From an uncultured Acidobacteriota bacterium (GTDB taxonomy: Bacteria; Acidobacteriota; Thermoanaerobaculia; UBA5066; Gp7-AA6), in NCBI GenBank assembly GCA_963764715.1, contig CAVXTP010000013.1:64001-128000 (forward strand): DNA of 64,000 bases. Reading direction: 5' to 3'. A program made the translations under genes and the position numbers. Below the pieces are notes generated by a model. It had not been told where the DNA came from and made no database searches. It worked only from the letters and a program-made list of their open reading frames with translations. Every line of letters starts with the position of its first letter. Position 1 is the stretch's first letter. Below are positions 40,369-49,628 of this stretch, in pieces.

Positions 40369-41316
40369 TCACGCGCCGGCGACTTCGTCGGTCCCCTCGT
40401 TGATGCCCTCGAAGAGGATCGTCGAGAGGTAGCGCTCGCCCGTGTCGGGGAGCATGGCGAGGATGACCGAGCCCTTCGGCGCCTTCGCGGCGACCTTGCG
40501 CGCGGCGGCGAAGGTCCCGCCCGAGGAGATGCCGCAGAAGATGCCTTCCTTCGACGCGAGCTCGCGCGCGGCGTCGCGCGCCTCGAGGTCGCCCACGGTC
40601 ACGATCTCGTCGTAGACCTCGCGGTCGAGCACCGCGGGGATGAAGTCCGGAGTCCAGCCCTGGATCTTGTGGGGCTTCCACTCCGTCCCGGTCAGGAGCG
40701 CCGCGCCCTCGGGCTCGGTGACGACGATCTTGATGTCCGGCCGCGCCGCCTTGAGCATCTGGCCGGCGCCGGTGAGCGTGCCGCCGGTGCCGTAGCCGGT
40801 GACCCAGTAGTCGAGGCGCCGGCCCGCGAAGTCGCGCAGGATCTCGGGGCCCGTCGTGTTGCGGTGATACTCGGGGTTGGCCGGGTTCTCGAACTGCCGG
40901 GCCAGGAACCAGCCGTTCTTCTTCGCGAGCTCCGCCGTCCGCTTGACCATCCCCGAGCCCCGCTCGGCGGCGGGGTGGAGGATGACCTTCGCGCCCAGGA
41001 TCCGCATCAGCTTGCGGCGCTCGATCGAGAAGCTGTCGGACATGACGGCGACGAACGGGTATCCCTTGACGGCGCAGACCATCGCCAGCGCGATGCCGGT
41101 GTTTCCGGAGGTGGCCTCGATGACGGTCTGCCCGGGCTTGAGCTCGCCCCGCCGCTCGGCGTCCTCGATGATCGCGATCGCCAGCCGGTCCTTGACCGAG
41201 GAGAGCGGGTTGAAGGCCTCGCACTTGACGTACATCGTCACGCCCGCGGGCGCGAGGCGATGGATCTTGACCACCGGGGTGTTGCCGATCGTTCCGAGGA
41301 TGTTTTCGTGAATCAT
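40369..41316 (-). CDS. cysK: Cysteine synthase A (O-acetylserine sulfhydrylase)
   Basis: NPLSSVKDR, EATSGNTG, QFENPAN, GTGGT, PHKIQG, GISSG, PDTGERYLS. Confidence 0.95.
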   Translation of the reverse strand: MIHENILGTIGNTPVVKIHRLAPAGVTMYVKCEAFNPLSSVKDRLAIAIIEDAERRGELKPGQTVIEATSGNTGIALAMVCAVKGYPFVAVMSDSFSIERRKLMRILGAKVILHPAAERGSGMVKRTAELAKKNGWFLARQFENPANPEYHRNTTGPEILRDFAGRRLDYWVTGYGTGGTLTGAGQMLKAARPDIKIVVTEPEGAALLTGTEWKPHKIQGWTPDFIPAVLDREVYDEIVTVGDLEARDAARELASKEGIFCGISSGGTFAAARKVAAKAPKGSVILAMLPDTGERYLSTILFEGINEGTDEVAGA

Positions 41317-41481
41317 GAATTGCTCCCTTTGCGTGCAGCGGTTGCGAAAGCGGCGCGGGCGCCGCGCGTCACGGATTCGGAAGGAACGGACGACATCGGC
41401 CCTCCGCTCCCAGGGAGTGCGCGAGGCGCGGTGGACAGGTCATCCGGGTCATCGCCGAGGAGCGTAGGATATGCCAGCTTT

Positions 41482-42894
41482 ATGAGTACCAAGAACCATG
41501 CGATCGCCACATTCTTGGCCCTGTTCGCCCTCGGGACCTCGGTCATGAGCGCGGCCGCCCGCACGATGCGGGTGGACTATTTCCACACCGGCAACGCCGC
41601 GGAGGAGCAGTTCAGCTTCGATCGCGTCGTGCTGGAGCCCCTGCCCTGGCCGGGCAACCCGAAACGGCCGATCGACGACACGAACCTCGGGAAGTACTTC
41701 TTCGAGGTCGTCGACCGGGCCTCCAACCGCGTCCTCTACTCGCGGGGCTTTGCCTCGGTGTACGGGGAGTGGGAGACGACCGGCGAGGCGAAGGAAGTCC
41801 GCCGCACCTTCTCCGAGTCCTTGCGCTTCCCGGCGCCGGACGCTCCCGTCCAGATCTCGCTCAAGAAGCGCGACGCGCAGAACGCCTTCCGGGAGGTCTG
41901 GGTTCTCCTCGTCGATCCGAAGGACGTCTTCGTCGACACGGCGGCCCCGGCCTCGCCCGGCCCCGTCCTGACCATCCAGAAGAACGGGGACCCGGCCGAG
42001 AAGGTCGACTTCCTCATCCTCGGCGACGGCTACACGGCGGCCGAGCGCGGCAAGTTCGAGAAGGACGCGCGGCGGCTGGCCGAGCTCCTCTTCGCCGTCG
42101 AGCCGTTCAAGTCGCGCCGGGGCGACTTCAACGTCTGGGCGATCTGCCCGCCCTCGGAGGAGTCGGGGATCTCGCGGCCCTCCGTCGGCATCCACCGCCG
42201 GACGCGCATCGGCTCGAGCTACGACGCCTTCGGCAGCGAGCGCTACATCCTGACCTTCGAGAACCGGTCGTTCCGCGACGTCGCCTCGTTCGCGCCCTAC
42301 GACTTCGTCGAGATCCTGACGAACAGCCGCACCTACGGGGGCGGCGGGATCTTCGGCCAGTACTCGACCGTCGCGGCCGACAGCCTCTGGTCGCCGTACG
42401 TCTTCGTGCACGAGTTCGGCCACCACTTCGCGGCGCTCGCCGACGAGTACTTCACCTCGCCCGTGTCCTACGAGCCCGCGTCGGGGGTGCGCATCGAGCC
42501 CTGGGAGCCCAACGCCACGGCCCTCCTCGACCCGGCGAACGTGAAGTGGAAGGACCTCGTCACGCCCGGCACTCCGGTTCCGACGCCCTGGAAGAAGGAG
42601 GAGTTCGAGAAGGCCTCGCGCGAGTTCCAGGCGAAACGCCGCGAGATCCGCAAGGCGAACGGCCCCGAGGACGAGATGGACAAGCTCTTCACGGAAGAGC
42701 TCAAGTTCGAGACGAAGCTCCTCGGCACCGACCAGCACTCCGGCCGCGTCGGGGCCTTCGAAGGGGCTCTCTACGAGTCGAAGGGCTACTACCGGCCGCA
42801 GGAGGACTGCATCATGTTCACGCGCGACGAGGTGCCCTTCTGCGCCGTCTGCCGGCAGTCGCTGACCCGCGTGATCGACCTCTACAGCCGCTGA
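41482..42894 (+). CDS. Peptidase M64 (IgA peptidase-like), exported
   Basis: Signal peptide; TMRVDYFHTG, GDGYT, YGGGGIF, HEFGH...LADEY, YRP..DCIM, FC.VC. Confidence 0.92.
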   Translation: MSTKNHAIATFLALFALGTSVMSAAARTMRVDYFHTGNAAEEQFSFDRVVLEPLPWPGNPKRPIDDTNLGKYFFEVVDRASNRVLYSRGFASVYGEWETTGEAKEVRRTFSESLRFPAPDAPVQISLKKRDAQNAFREVWVLLVDPKDVFVDTAAPASPGPVLTIQKNGDPAEKVDFLILGDGYTAAERGKFEKDARRLAELLFAVEPFKSRRGDFNVWAICPPSEESGISRPSVGIHRRTRIGSSYDAFGSERYILTFENRSFRDVASFAPYDFVEILTNSRTYGGGGIFGQYSTVAADSLWSPYVFVHEFGHHFAALADEYFTSPVSYEPASGVRIEPWEPNATALLDPANVKWKDLVTPGTPVPTPWKKEEFEKASREFQAKRREIRKANGPEDEMDKLFTEELKFETKLLGTDQHSGRVGAFEGALYESKGYYRPQEDCIMFTRDEVPFCAVCRQSLTRVIDLYSR

Positions 42895-42904
42895 TCGTGC
42901 GCCC

Positions 42905-44173
42905 ATGAGCTTCCGCCGCGGCCTTCGGCTCGCGGGCTTCGCCCGGCGGCACCTGGGCCGCATGAACGCGGGCCGGGCGGACGTCATGGCGCACCTCGCC
43001 GCGCCCCGCGCCGACAACCTGCCGATGCCGACGTTCGTGCAGCTCCGTGTGACGAACCTCTGCAACCTGCGCTGCAAGATGTGCGGGCAGTGGGGCGACA
43101 CCGGGATCTTCCGGTCGCATTCGGGCTCCGCCGGGGCGACCGACGGGGCGCCCGAGCGGGAGCGCATCCGCGAGCTCATCGGATTGAAGCGCCAGCTCGC
43201 GCTCTCCGACTACGTGCGCCTCCTCGACGAGCTCGCGCCCTCGCGGCCGATCATCAGCCTCTTCGGCGGCGAGCCGCTGCTGTACCCGGACATCGTGCCC
43301 CTGGTCCGCGAGGTCAAGGCGCGCGGCCTCACCTGCACGGTCATCACCAACGGCGGCCGCCTCGAGCCGCTGGCGCGCGAGCTCGTCGAGAGCGGGATCG
43401 ACTCGATCGCGGTCTCGATCGACGGGCCGCCCGAGACGCACAACGGGATCCGCGGGCAGGCCGGCAGCTTCGAGCGGGCGGCCGCCGGGGTCCGCGCCGT
43501 CGCGGACTGGCGCCACCGCCTCGGCCGCGTTCTCCCGATGCAGATCGCGATCCTGCCCGTCACCGAGCTCAACATCGACGTGGTCGCCCCCGCGATCGAC
43601 GTCCTGCGGGAGCTCCCTCTCGACACGATCAACGTGGGCCTGCGCTGGTTCGTGCCCGAGAACGTGGGCGCCGAGTACGAGCGGGTCATGCGGGAGGACC
43701 TCGGCGTCGAGGCGACCTCCTGGAAGGGCTTCGAATTCGACGGGACCTCGATCGCGGCCACGAAGGGCCGGCAGCTCGCCGAGCTCGTCCGGCTGCTGAA
43801 GGGCCTGAAACGCCGGCGCTTCCTCGACTCGAGCCGTGGCCGGCCCTGGACCTCGTTCGTGCCCGACGTACCGGCCGAGCGCGTGCCCGAGTACTTTTCG
43901 GATTTTGCCGAGACCTTCGGGCACCGCATGTGCCCGGTCGCCTGGTACTTCGCGCAGGTCGAGCCGGACGGCGAGGTCGCCTTCTGCGGGGACTTTCCGG
44001 ACTATTTCATCGGCAACGTGCGCCGGCAGTCCTTTCGCGAGATCTGGGCGGGGGAGAAGGCGAACCGCTTCCGCGCGAAGCTCGCGAAGGAGCCGCTCCC
44101 GATCTGCGCCCGCTGCTGCGGGAACTTCGTCTACGGGAAGTGGGAGAGGCCGGGGGCGGTCCCCCGGTCGTAG
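42905..44173 (+). CDS. Radical SAM protein with SPASM/Twitch domain
   Basis: CNLRCKMC, GGEPLL, VSIDG, C..W.....PDGEV.FC.D, C.RCC. Confidence 0.9.
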   Translation: MSFRRGLRLAGFARRHLGRMNAGRADVMAHLAAPRADNLPMPTFVQLRVTNLCNLRCKMCGQWGDTGIFRSHSGSAGATDGAPERERIRELIGLKRQLALSDYVRLLDELAPSRPIISLFGGEPLLYPDIVPLVREVKARGLTCTVITNGGRLEPLARELVESGIDSIAVSIDGPPETHNGIRGQAGSFERAAAGVRAVADWRHRLGRVLPMQIAILPVTELNIDVVAPAIDVLRELPLDTINVGLRWFVPENVGAEYERVMREDLGVEATSWKGFEFDGTSIAATKGRQLAELVRLLKGLKRRRFLDSSRGRPWTSFVPDVPAERVPEYFSDFAETFGHRMCPVAWYFAQVEPDGEVAFCGDFPDYFIGNVRRQSFREIWAGEKANRFRAKLAKEPLPICARCCGNFVYGKWERPGAVPRS

Positions 44174-44228
44174 GGGCGGCCCTTGCGGCCGCCCTCTTGA
44201 GCCGGGCGGGGGACAACCCCGCCCCGAC
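44170..44228. repeat. Inverted doublet of GTAG-type REPs (REPIN-like)
   Basis: GTAGGGGCGGCC-CTTGC-GGCCGCCC (44170-44194) and degenerate inverted GGGCGGGG-GACAA-CCCCGCCCCGAC (44204-44228). Confidence 0.75.
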
Positions 44229-44231
44229 GAC

Positions 44232-45191
44232 CTACGACCGGAGCGCGTCCCAGAACTTGTAGAAGTTGAACCACTGCGTCGGATGGCGGCGGACGACGCC
44301 CTCCAGGTCCGACGCGACCCGCTCCATGATCCGGACGGCGTCGGCGTCGGCCGAGAGCGACGGGTCGGCCGAGAGCGGCTCGCCCCAGACGTTGAAGTAG
44401 CTGCCGTCGGGGTTTCGCAGAAAGAAGCCGGGCAGGATCTCGCACCCGCAGAAGCGCGCCAGAAGCGCCGGCGAACGCAGGAACGGCGTCGGCCGCCCGA
44501 AGAACGGCACCACGACCTCGTCCTCGGGATACGCGCGGTCGACGAGCAGCGCCACCGCCCGGCCGGCGTCGACGGCGCGGCGCACCTTGAAGGCCGTCGC
44601 CATGGACGAGCCGATGTCGATCGACTCGACGCCGAGCCGCTGCCGGAGCTGCTGCCGCATCTCCTGGACGTCGGGGTCGAGCTCGGGCTGGCCGACGACC
44701 GCCGGCACGAGGTCGTGCGCCCGAAGCGTCACGGCTCCCATCTCCCAGTTGCCGACGTGCCCGGTCACGAGGAGAAAGCCCCGGCCGCCGCGGCGCACGC
44801 GGGCGAGGGTCCGCGCGTCCTCGGCCAGGGTGACGACGCGGGGGACGAGCGTTTCGCTCCGCAGCTTCCACACGTCGATCGTGTGCCGCCCGTACTCGAA
44901 GAACTGGCGGCGGGCGAGCCGCTCGGCCTCGGCGTCGGAGACGCCGAGCGCCTTGTGAAAATTGTCGCGGATCCCGGCTTTCGTGCGTCCCAGAAAGGTG
45001 ACGGCGAGGCCGTTGCCCACCAGGTTGATGGCGTTCAAGACGGACATCGGCAGCCAGCGGGCGCCGTAGTGCAGGCCGCCGTAAACGACGCGGTTGGAGA
45101 GCCCGTGGCTGACCCATTTCTTTCGCCCGCGTCGGGACGCGGTCGGAGGCGGCCCCCCGTTCGGGCCGGCGGCGGGCTCGGTTTCTCCCAT
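44232..45191 (-). CDS. Lysophospholipid acyltransferase (HtrB/MsbB/PatA family)
   Basis: GHVGNWE, VALLVDR, VPFFG, HPTQWFNF. Confidence 0.88.
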   Translation of the reverse strand: MGETEPAAGPNGGPPPTASRRGRKKWVSHGLSNRVVYGGLHYGARWLPMSVLNAINLVGNGLAVTFLGRTKAGIRDNFHKALGVSDAEAERLARRQFFEYGRHTIDVWKLRSETLVPRVVTLAEDARTLARVRRGGRGFLLVTGHVGNWEMGAVTLRAHDLVPAVVGQPELDPDVQEMRQQLRQRLGVESIDIGSSMATAFKVRRAVDAGRAVALLVDRAYPEDEVVVPFFGRPTPFLRSPALLARFCGCEILPGFFLRNPDGSYFNVWGEPLSADPSLSADADAVRIMERVASDLEGVVRRHPTQWFNFYKFWDALRS

Positions 45192-45225
45192 GGGAGAGAG
45201 GAGTTTACAATCCGTGCTGCCGGCC

Positions 45226-46671
45226 ATGAACGTTCTGTTGATCCGCCCCGACCCGGGCAACGAGCGTTTCGGGCTGGGGCCCTTCTTTCGAGTCGAGCCG
45301 CTGGGCCTCGAATACGTCGCCTCGTCCCTCCGAGGCCGCGGCCACACGCCGTCGATCGTGGATCTGCGCTTCGGCCGCCGCGTCGGGGCCTGGATCCGGC
45401 GGACGCGTCCCCGGATGGTCGGCATCTCCTGCATGCACGCCCTCGAGTACGACCGGGTGATCGAGACCGCGCGCGAGGTGCGCCGCGCCGCGCCCGACGC
45501 CTTCATCCTCGTGGGGGGCCACGCCGCCGCCGCCTTTCCGGGGCCACTCCAGTCTCCCGAGATCGACGCGATCTGCGTCGACGACGGCGAAGAGGTGGTG
45601 CCGACGGTCGCGGATGCGCTGGCGTCGGGACGCCCCCTCGCGGAGGTGCCCGCCCTGCTCCTGCGGGGACGCGAGGGCTGGACCGCGACGCGCCATCTCG
45701 AGGACCGGACGGGCCTCGACGCGGTGCCTCTGCCCGCCCGCGATCTCGTGGAACGCGACCGCAACCGGTACCACTGCCTGCTCTTCAAGCCCGTCTGGCT
45801 CGTCGAGACGGCCCGCGGCTGCCCGTTCCGCTGCAACTTCTGCTCGGTGTGGCAGCTCTACGGGCGCTCGTTTCGCGAGCGGTCGATCGCCGCGGTCGTC
45901 GAGGACATGGAGAAGGTCGGCGACGCCGTCTTCATCGCCGACGACCTCTTCTGGAACCACCCCGAGCGCAGCCACGAGCTCGCGCACGCGCTCAAGGCCC
46001 GCGGCATCCGCAAGCGCTGGATCCTCGTCCAGACCCGGACGGACCTCATCTGCCGCCACGCCGACCTTCTCGAGGCCTGGCGGCCGCTCGCGAAGGATTT
46101 CGACATCTTCTTCGGCCTCGAGGCGGCTTCCGACGCGGGCCTCGCGAGCGTGACGAAGGACGCCGGCGTCACGTCGTCGATCGAGGCGGCGCGGCTCGCG
46201 CGCTCACTCGGCTACGGCGTCACGGGGAACTTCCTCGTCGATCCCGACTGGGACGAGGCGCACTTCCAGGAGCTCTGGGACTTCGTCGCGAAGAACGGCT
46301 TCCAGCGCGCGGGCTACACGATCCTGACGCCGCTGCCGGGGACCGATCTCTTCCAGAAGCTCTCGCCGATCCTCGAGGGTCAGCCCTGGTTCAAGTACGA
46401 CATGCACCACGTTCTCTGGGAGCCGAAGCTCGGCGCCAGGCGGTTCTTCGAGCTCTACGCCGAGACCTGGCGCCGGTCGATCCTGAACACCTCGGGCGAG
46501 AAGAGCTGGATCGAGTGGATGCGCCAGGTCCGTCCCGCGCAGATCCCGTACCTGACGCGCGTCCTCATGCGGACCCAACGGATGATGAAGGCGCAGGCGT
46601 ATCTCAAGGAGCACGAAGAGGCGCAGCGGACCAAAGCGGTCGCGCCGCCCCAGGCCCTCGAGGCGTCCTGA
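45226..46671 (+). CDS. B12-binding class B radical SAM enzyme, hopanoid C-3 methylase (HpnR)-like
   Basis: RVEPLGLE..A, VGGH, RGCPFRCNFCSVWQLYGRSFR, DD, FGLEA, ILTPLPGT. Confidence 0.8.
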   Translation: MNVLLIRPDPGNERFGLGPFFRVEPLGLEYVASSLRGRGHTPSIVDLRFGRRVGAWIRRTRPRMVGISCMHALEYDRVIETAREVRRAAPDAFILVGGHAAAAFPGPLQSPEIDAICVDDGEEVVPTVADALASGRPLAEVPALLLRGREGWTATRHLEDRTGLDAVPLPARDLVERDRNRYHCLLFKPVWLVETARGCPFRCNFCSVWQLYGRSFRERSIAAVVEDMEKVGDAVFIADDLFWNHPERSHELAHALKARGIRKRWILVQTRTDLICRHADLLEAWRPLAKDFDIFFGLEAASDAGLASVTKDAGVTSSIEAARLARSLGYGVTGNFLVDPDWDEAHFQELWDFVAKNGFQRAGYTILTPLPGTDLFQKLSPILEGQPWFKYDMHHVLWEPKLGARRFFELYAETWRRSILNTSGEKSWIEWMRQVRPAQIPYLTRVLMRTQRMMKAQAYLKEHEEAQRTKAVAPPQALEAS

Positions 46672-47246
46672 GCTCGACCGGTCTCGATCGCGTCCTGCCG
46701 GGCGGCGAACGGCTCTCCCTTCACTCGACCCGGATCCGCGCGACCCGAGAGCGCGTGTGGGAAGCGATCCTCGCGCGGGACCTCGCCAGCTCGGCGGCGT
46801 CGAAGGCGCTTCTCGCCCTGCGCGGATATGGCGGCCGGGCGTTTGCGCAGAGCAAGGGAACGTTCCCCGAAAAGCTCCAGCGCTTCGGCTTCACGCGGCT
46901 CGAGGAGGATCCCGGGCGCGAACTCGTCTTCGGCATCGCCGGGAAGTTCTGGCGCTACGACGGAGGGCTGCGGCCGATCGCGGACCGGGCCGCGTTCCTC
47001 GGATTCGCCGATGAGGGCTGCGTGAAGGCCGCGTGGAACCTCCGGGTCGAGGAGAGCGGCAGCGGCGCCTTCGAGCTCTCGACCGAGACGCGTATCCAGT
47101 ACTTCGGCGCCGCCGCCCGCCGGAAGTTCCGCCTCTACTGGACGCTCATCCGCCCGTTCTCGGGCGCGATCCGGATCGGCCTGCTGCGCGGGATCCGGCG
47201 CCGAAGTGATGGCGGAGGCTCGAACGCGCGTTACTCGGGAGTATGA
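46668..47246 (+). CDS. Hypothetical protein (DUF2867/SRPBCC-like); start uncertain
   Basis: LLALRG, PGRELVFGIAGKFW, KAAWN, LSTETR, RRKFRLYWTLIRPFSG.IR; only plausible start is CTG overlapping the upstream TGA. Confidence 0.7.
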   Translation: MSSTGLDRVLPGGERLSLHSTRIRATRERVWEAILARDLASSAASKALLALRGYGGRAFAQSKGTFPEKLQRFGFTRLEEDPGRELVFGIAGKFWRYDGGLRPIADRAAFLGFADEGCVKAAWNLRVEESGSGAFELSTETRIQYFGAAARRKFRLYWTLIRPFSGAIRIGLLRGIRRRSDGGGSNARYSGV

Positions 47247-49573
47247 GTCAGGGTGAACCGGGTGATTTCAGAGGCGGTCAACTGCCCCTGCGAATCGGTC
47301 TGCGCCACAGTCGCGGTGGCCCACGGGTCTTTGCGGCCGGTCAGCGACCAGTGTTCTTGGAAGTACGGGTACGCTCCTCCGAATAAGGTTCCCCAGACAT
47401 ATCGATCCGCGAAATGGAAGACCCCGTATTCCTTGAGCCAAAAATCAGCGAAGGAAAAGGAAATGCACGTAACCGAAAACGCGTCGTGCGGAGTTCCCGT
47501 ATCGTAGAGCAGTTTGACGTTTTGGTCGCCGCCCCAGTACATCCTCGCTTTGAAAGTCGAAGGGGTCGACGAGAGCAGCACGGGGCAGTCGTCCGGGGCG
47601 CAACACGCCTCCAGGTGCTCGTGAAGGATTGGACCTTCTCCGGAGATCTCGAGCCCATTCTGAGTCGAGTGACCGCGGAGCGTCACCGACTCGGCGACCA
47701 CCCGCGCGCTCTCGCTGAACGGGCCCCCGGTCTCCGCGATCGACGAGTCGAACGTGAGCTTGAACGTGAGGCACTTGAACACCTGGTCGATCTCGGACTG
47801 GAGTTCCGGGAACCGTTGACTGAGGCCGCCAGATCGGGCGACCTTGATGATCGGGAATACGCTGAAGATGGCGTGCGGGTCCTCCGAGCACCGCTCGTGG
47901 ATCTTCGACAATGCCAGCGAGATCATCCTCTTCCAGAGTGAGTAGATTTCTTCGGTTCGGCCGGGAAAGACCGTCTCCATGGGTGCCCCGACCGCGATGG
48001 GGACCTCGAGCACCCAGGCGTTCGTTTGATGGATGAGGTCGACGACGCGAGCCGGCTCGCCGTCGGTGGCCTCCATCTGGATTTTGAGGGCCTGGTATCC
48101 CGCGTCCAGGCGCTGGACCACACTGACTTCGATCCTCTTGAATTCGGGTCCACCGATCGACGCCGCGGCGGCGCGACCGTCGCGGAGGAAGGGTGAGATC
48201 GCGTGGCTCAGCAGGTCGCCGTCGGCAACCGGCTCACGCTCGAGCCGGGACTGCCGCTCCGAATCCGTTCCGCGGGCGACGCCGTAGCCTCCAAGATGAA
48301 AGATTTCCAGCTTGAGGTCCCCCGACGTCGGCCAGGGTGGAAAGAGGAACAGGTCCTCGCCCGACCCGTTCCACGCGACAGGGGTCTCTTCCGAACCGGC
48401 GAGGGGCGCCGCGGTGTGAATCGACAGCGTCGCGCCCTGAAGCAGCGGTGTTCCGGAAGGCTGGATGTCTACGCCGGCGACGAGTCCCCCCGCGAAGGGG
48501 AAATGACCGACGGCTCCGACCGGCGTCATCGTCACGACTTCGTCGAAAAGAAGTGAAGTCGCCGGGATGTCCAGCGTGAAGACGGTGCCGTCGGCCGCGG
48601 TCGCGGAAAGCGACCCTCCCTCGAGGGCGGGAATCGGGGCGGACGCGGCGCGCGGGGAGTGGGTCTCGACCGTGATTCCGTCGCCGCCCCGGAACGCCGC
48701 GGTGTCACCGACCGATGCGAATGTGCTCGCAGGATTGCTGTAGGAGCGCATCGCACCGCTGATCGTGTCGACCACGTTGATCGTGTACGCGACGTTCGAG
48801 AGCGCTCCGAAGAAGACCCAGAACTTGCCGCTGATCGACCGGGCGTCGAGGACCTTGATCATCAACTCGACATTGGACGGCGAAAAGAACCAGAAATAGC
48901 CCGTGTCGTTGGTGAGCTGGACGGGCTGCCCGGAGCCATGGCGGCCGTGGGAATCCGTCCAGTGGACTTCCAGACGGAAGCGGCAACTCGTCAGGAAAAG
49001 ATTCGGTCTCCCGTCGGCACATGGCGTGAACGCGGCTGCGGATTCGGAGGCGGCCTTCATGCTTTCGTGCGGAACGGCGTCGATGAACCCCTGGATCTCG
49101 TCGAGCGAGCCAGGCGGCGCCGCGGTGCCGGCAACCTCGACCGTTTGCGCCGTCGGCGGCGCGTCGACGGCCCCTTCGAACGCGCTGGTGTCGCCGACGC
49201 TCGCGAACTGGCCGAGGGGGTTGTGATAGTTCTTGACCGCGCCGGTGACCGTGTCGGTGACGGTCAGGTCGAACTCCACGGATGTGAGCGCCCCGAAGAA
49301 GACCCAGTACTTCCCGCTGAGGGCCCGGGCGTCGAGGACCTTGACGACGAGCTCGATGTTGGCCTCCGAGAAAAACCAGAAGTAGCCGGTGTCGGCGGTG
49401 ATCGGGACGGCCTGGCCGACGCCGGTGCGGCCCCGGGAGTCGCGCCACGAGACGTCCACCTCGAAGCGGGAAGCGTTGAGGCAGAGGGTCGTGGGCGACG
49501 GGGCGCACGGAGCGGCGGCGAGCCGGTTCGAGGCCAGGAGCAGCGAGGCGGCGATCAGGAGAGCCTTGCGCAT
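47231..49573 (-). CDS. Exported protein with two tandem Cys/aromatic repeats and divergent C-terminal region
   Basis: Signal peptide MRKALL; repeat RF..EV.W.D..GR.G.GQ.V..T.DTGYFWFFS..N.EL..KVLDAR..SGK.WVFFGAL..V.....V.DT..GA...Y.NP...FASVGDT.AF occurs twice; SD AGAGGGA. Confidence 0.85.
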   Translation of the reverse strand: MRKALLIAASLLLASNRLAAAPCAPSPTTLCLNASRFEVDVSWRDSRGRTGVGQAVPITADTGYFWFFSEANIELVVKVLDARALSGKYWVFFGALTSVEFDLTVTDTVTGAVKNYHNPLGQFASVGDTSAFEGAVDAPPTAQTVEVAGTAAPPGSLDEIQGFIDAVPHESMKAASESAAAFTPCADGRPNLFLTSCRFRLEVHWTDSHGRHGSGQPVQLTNDTGYFWFFSPSNVELMIKVLDARSISGKFWVFFGALSNVAYTINVVDTISGAMRSYSNPASTFASVGDTAAFRGGDGITVETHSPRAASAPIPALEGGSLSATAADGTVFTLDIPATSLLFDEVVTMTPVGAVGHFPFAGGLVAGVDIQPSGTPLLQGATLSIHTAAPLAGSEETPVAWNGSGEDLFLFPPWPTSGDLKLEIFHLGGYGVARGTDSERQSRLEREPVADGDLLSHAISPFLRDGRAAAASIGGPEFKRIEVSVVQRLDAGYQALKIQMEATDGEPARVVDLIHQTNAWVLEVPIAVGAPMETVFPGRTEEIYSLWKRMISLALSKIHERCSEDPHAIFSVFPIIKVARSGGLSQRFPELQSEIDQVFKCLTFKLTFDSSIAETGGPFSESARVVAESVTLRGHSTQNGLEISGEGPILHEHLEACCAPDDCPVLLSSTPSTFKARMYWGGDQNVKLLYDTGTPHDAFSVTCISFSFADFWLKEYGVFHFADRYVWGTLFGGAYPYFQEHWSLTGRKDPWATATVAQTDSQGQLTASEITRFTLTHTPE

Positions 49574-49590
49574 GGTGTTCCCTCTGGCCA

Positions 49591-49620
49591 ACACGCGCAA
49601 GGGCGGGCCGGCCGGGGTCA
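49591..49620 (-). promoter_or_regulatory. Putative ECF promoter, copy B
   Basis: TGACCC-N15-TGCGCGTGT, 18 nt upstream of ATG 49573. Confidence 0.65.
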
Positions 49621-49628
49621 GGTTCGGG

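Noticed and set aside
41454-41470. SAH-riboswitch-like GCCGAGGAGCG
   Set aside because: Does not continue with the UGC...AGGCUCGG consensus and is oriented toward a peptidase gene.
42905-44173. RiPP cluster around the radical SAM/SPASM gene
   Set aside because: No precursor peptide, PqqD/RRE domain or exporter seen adjacent; neighbours point to lipid metabolism.
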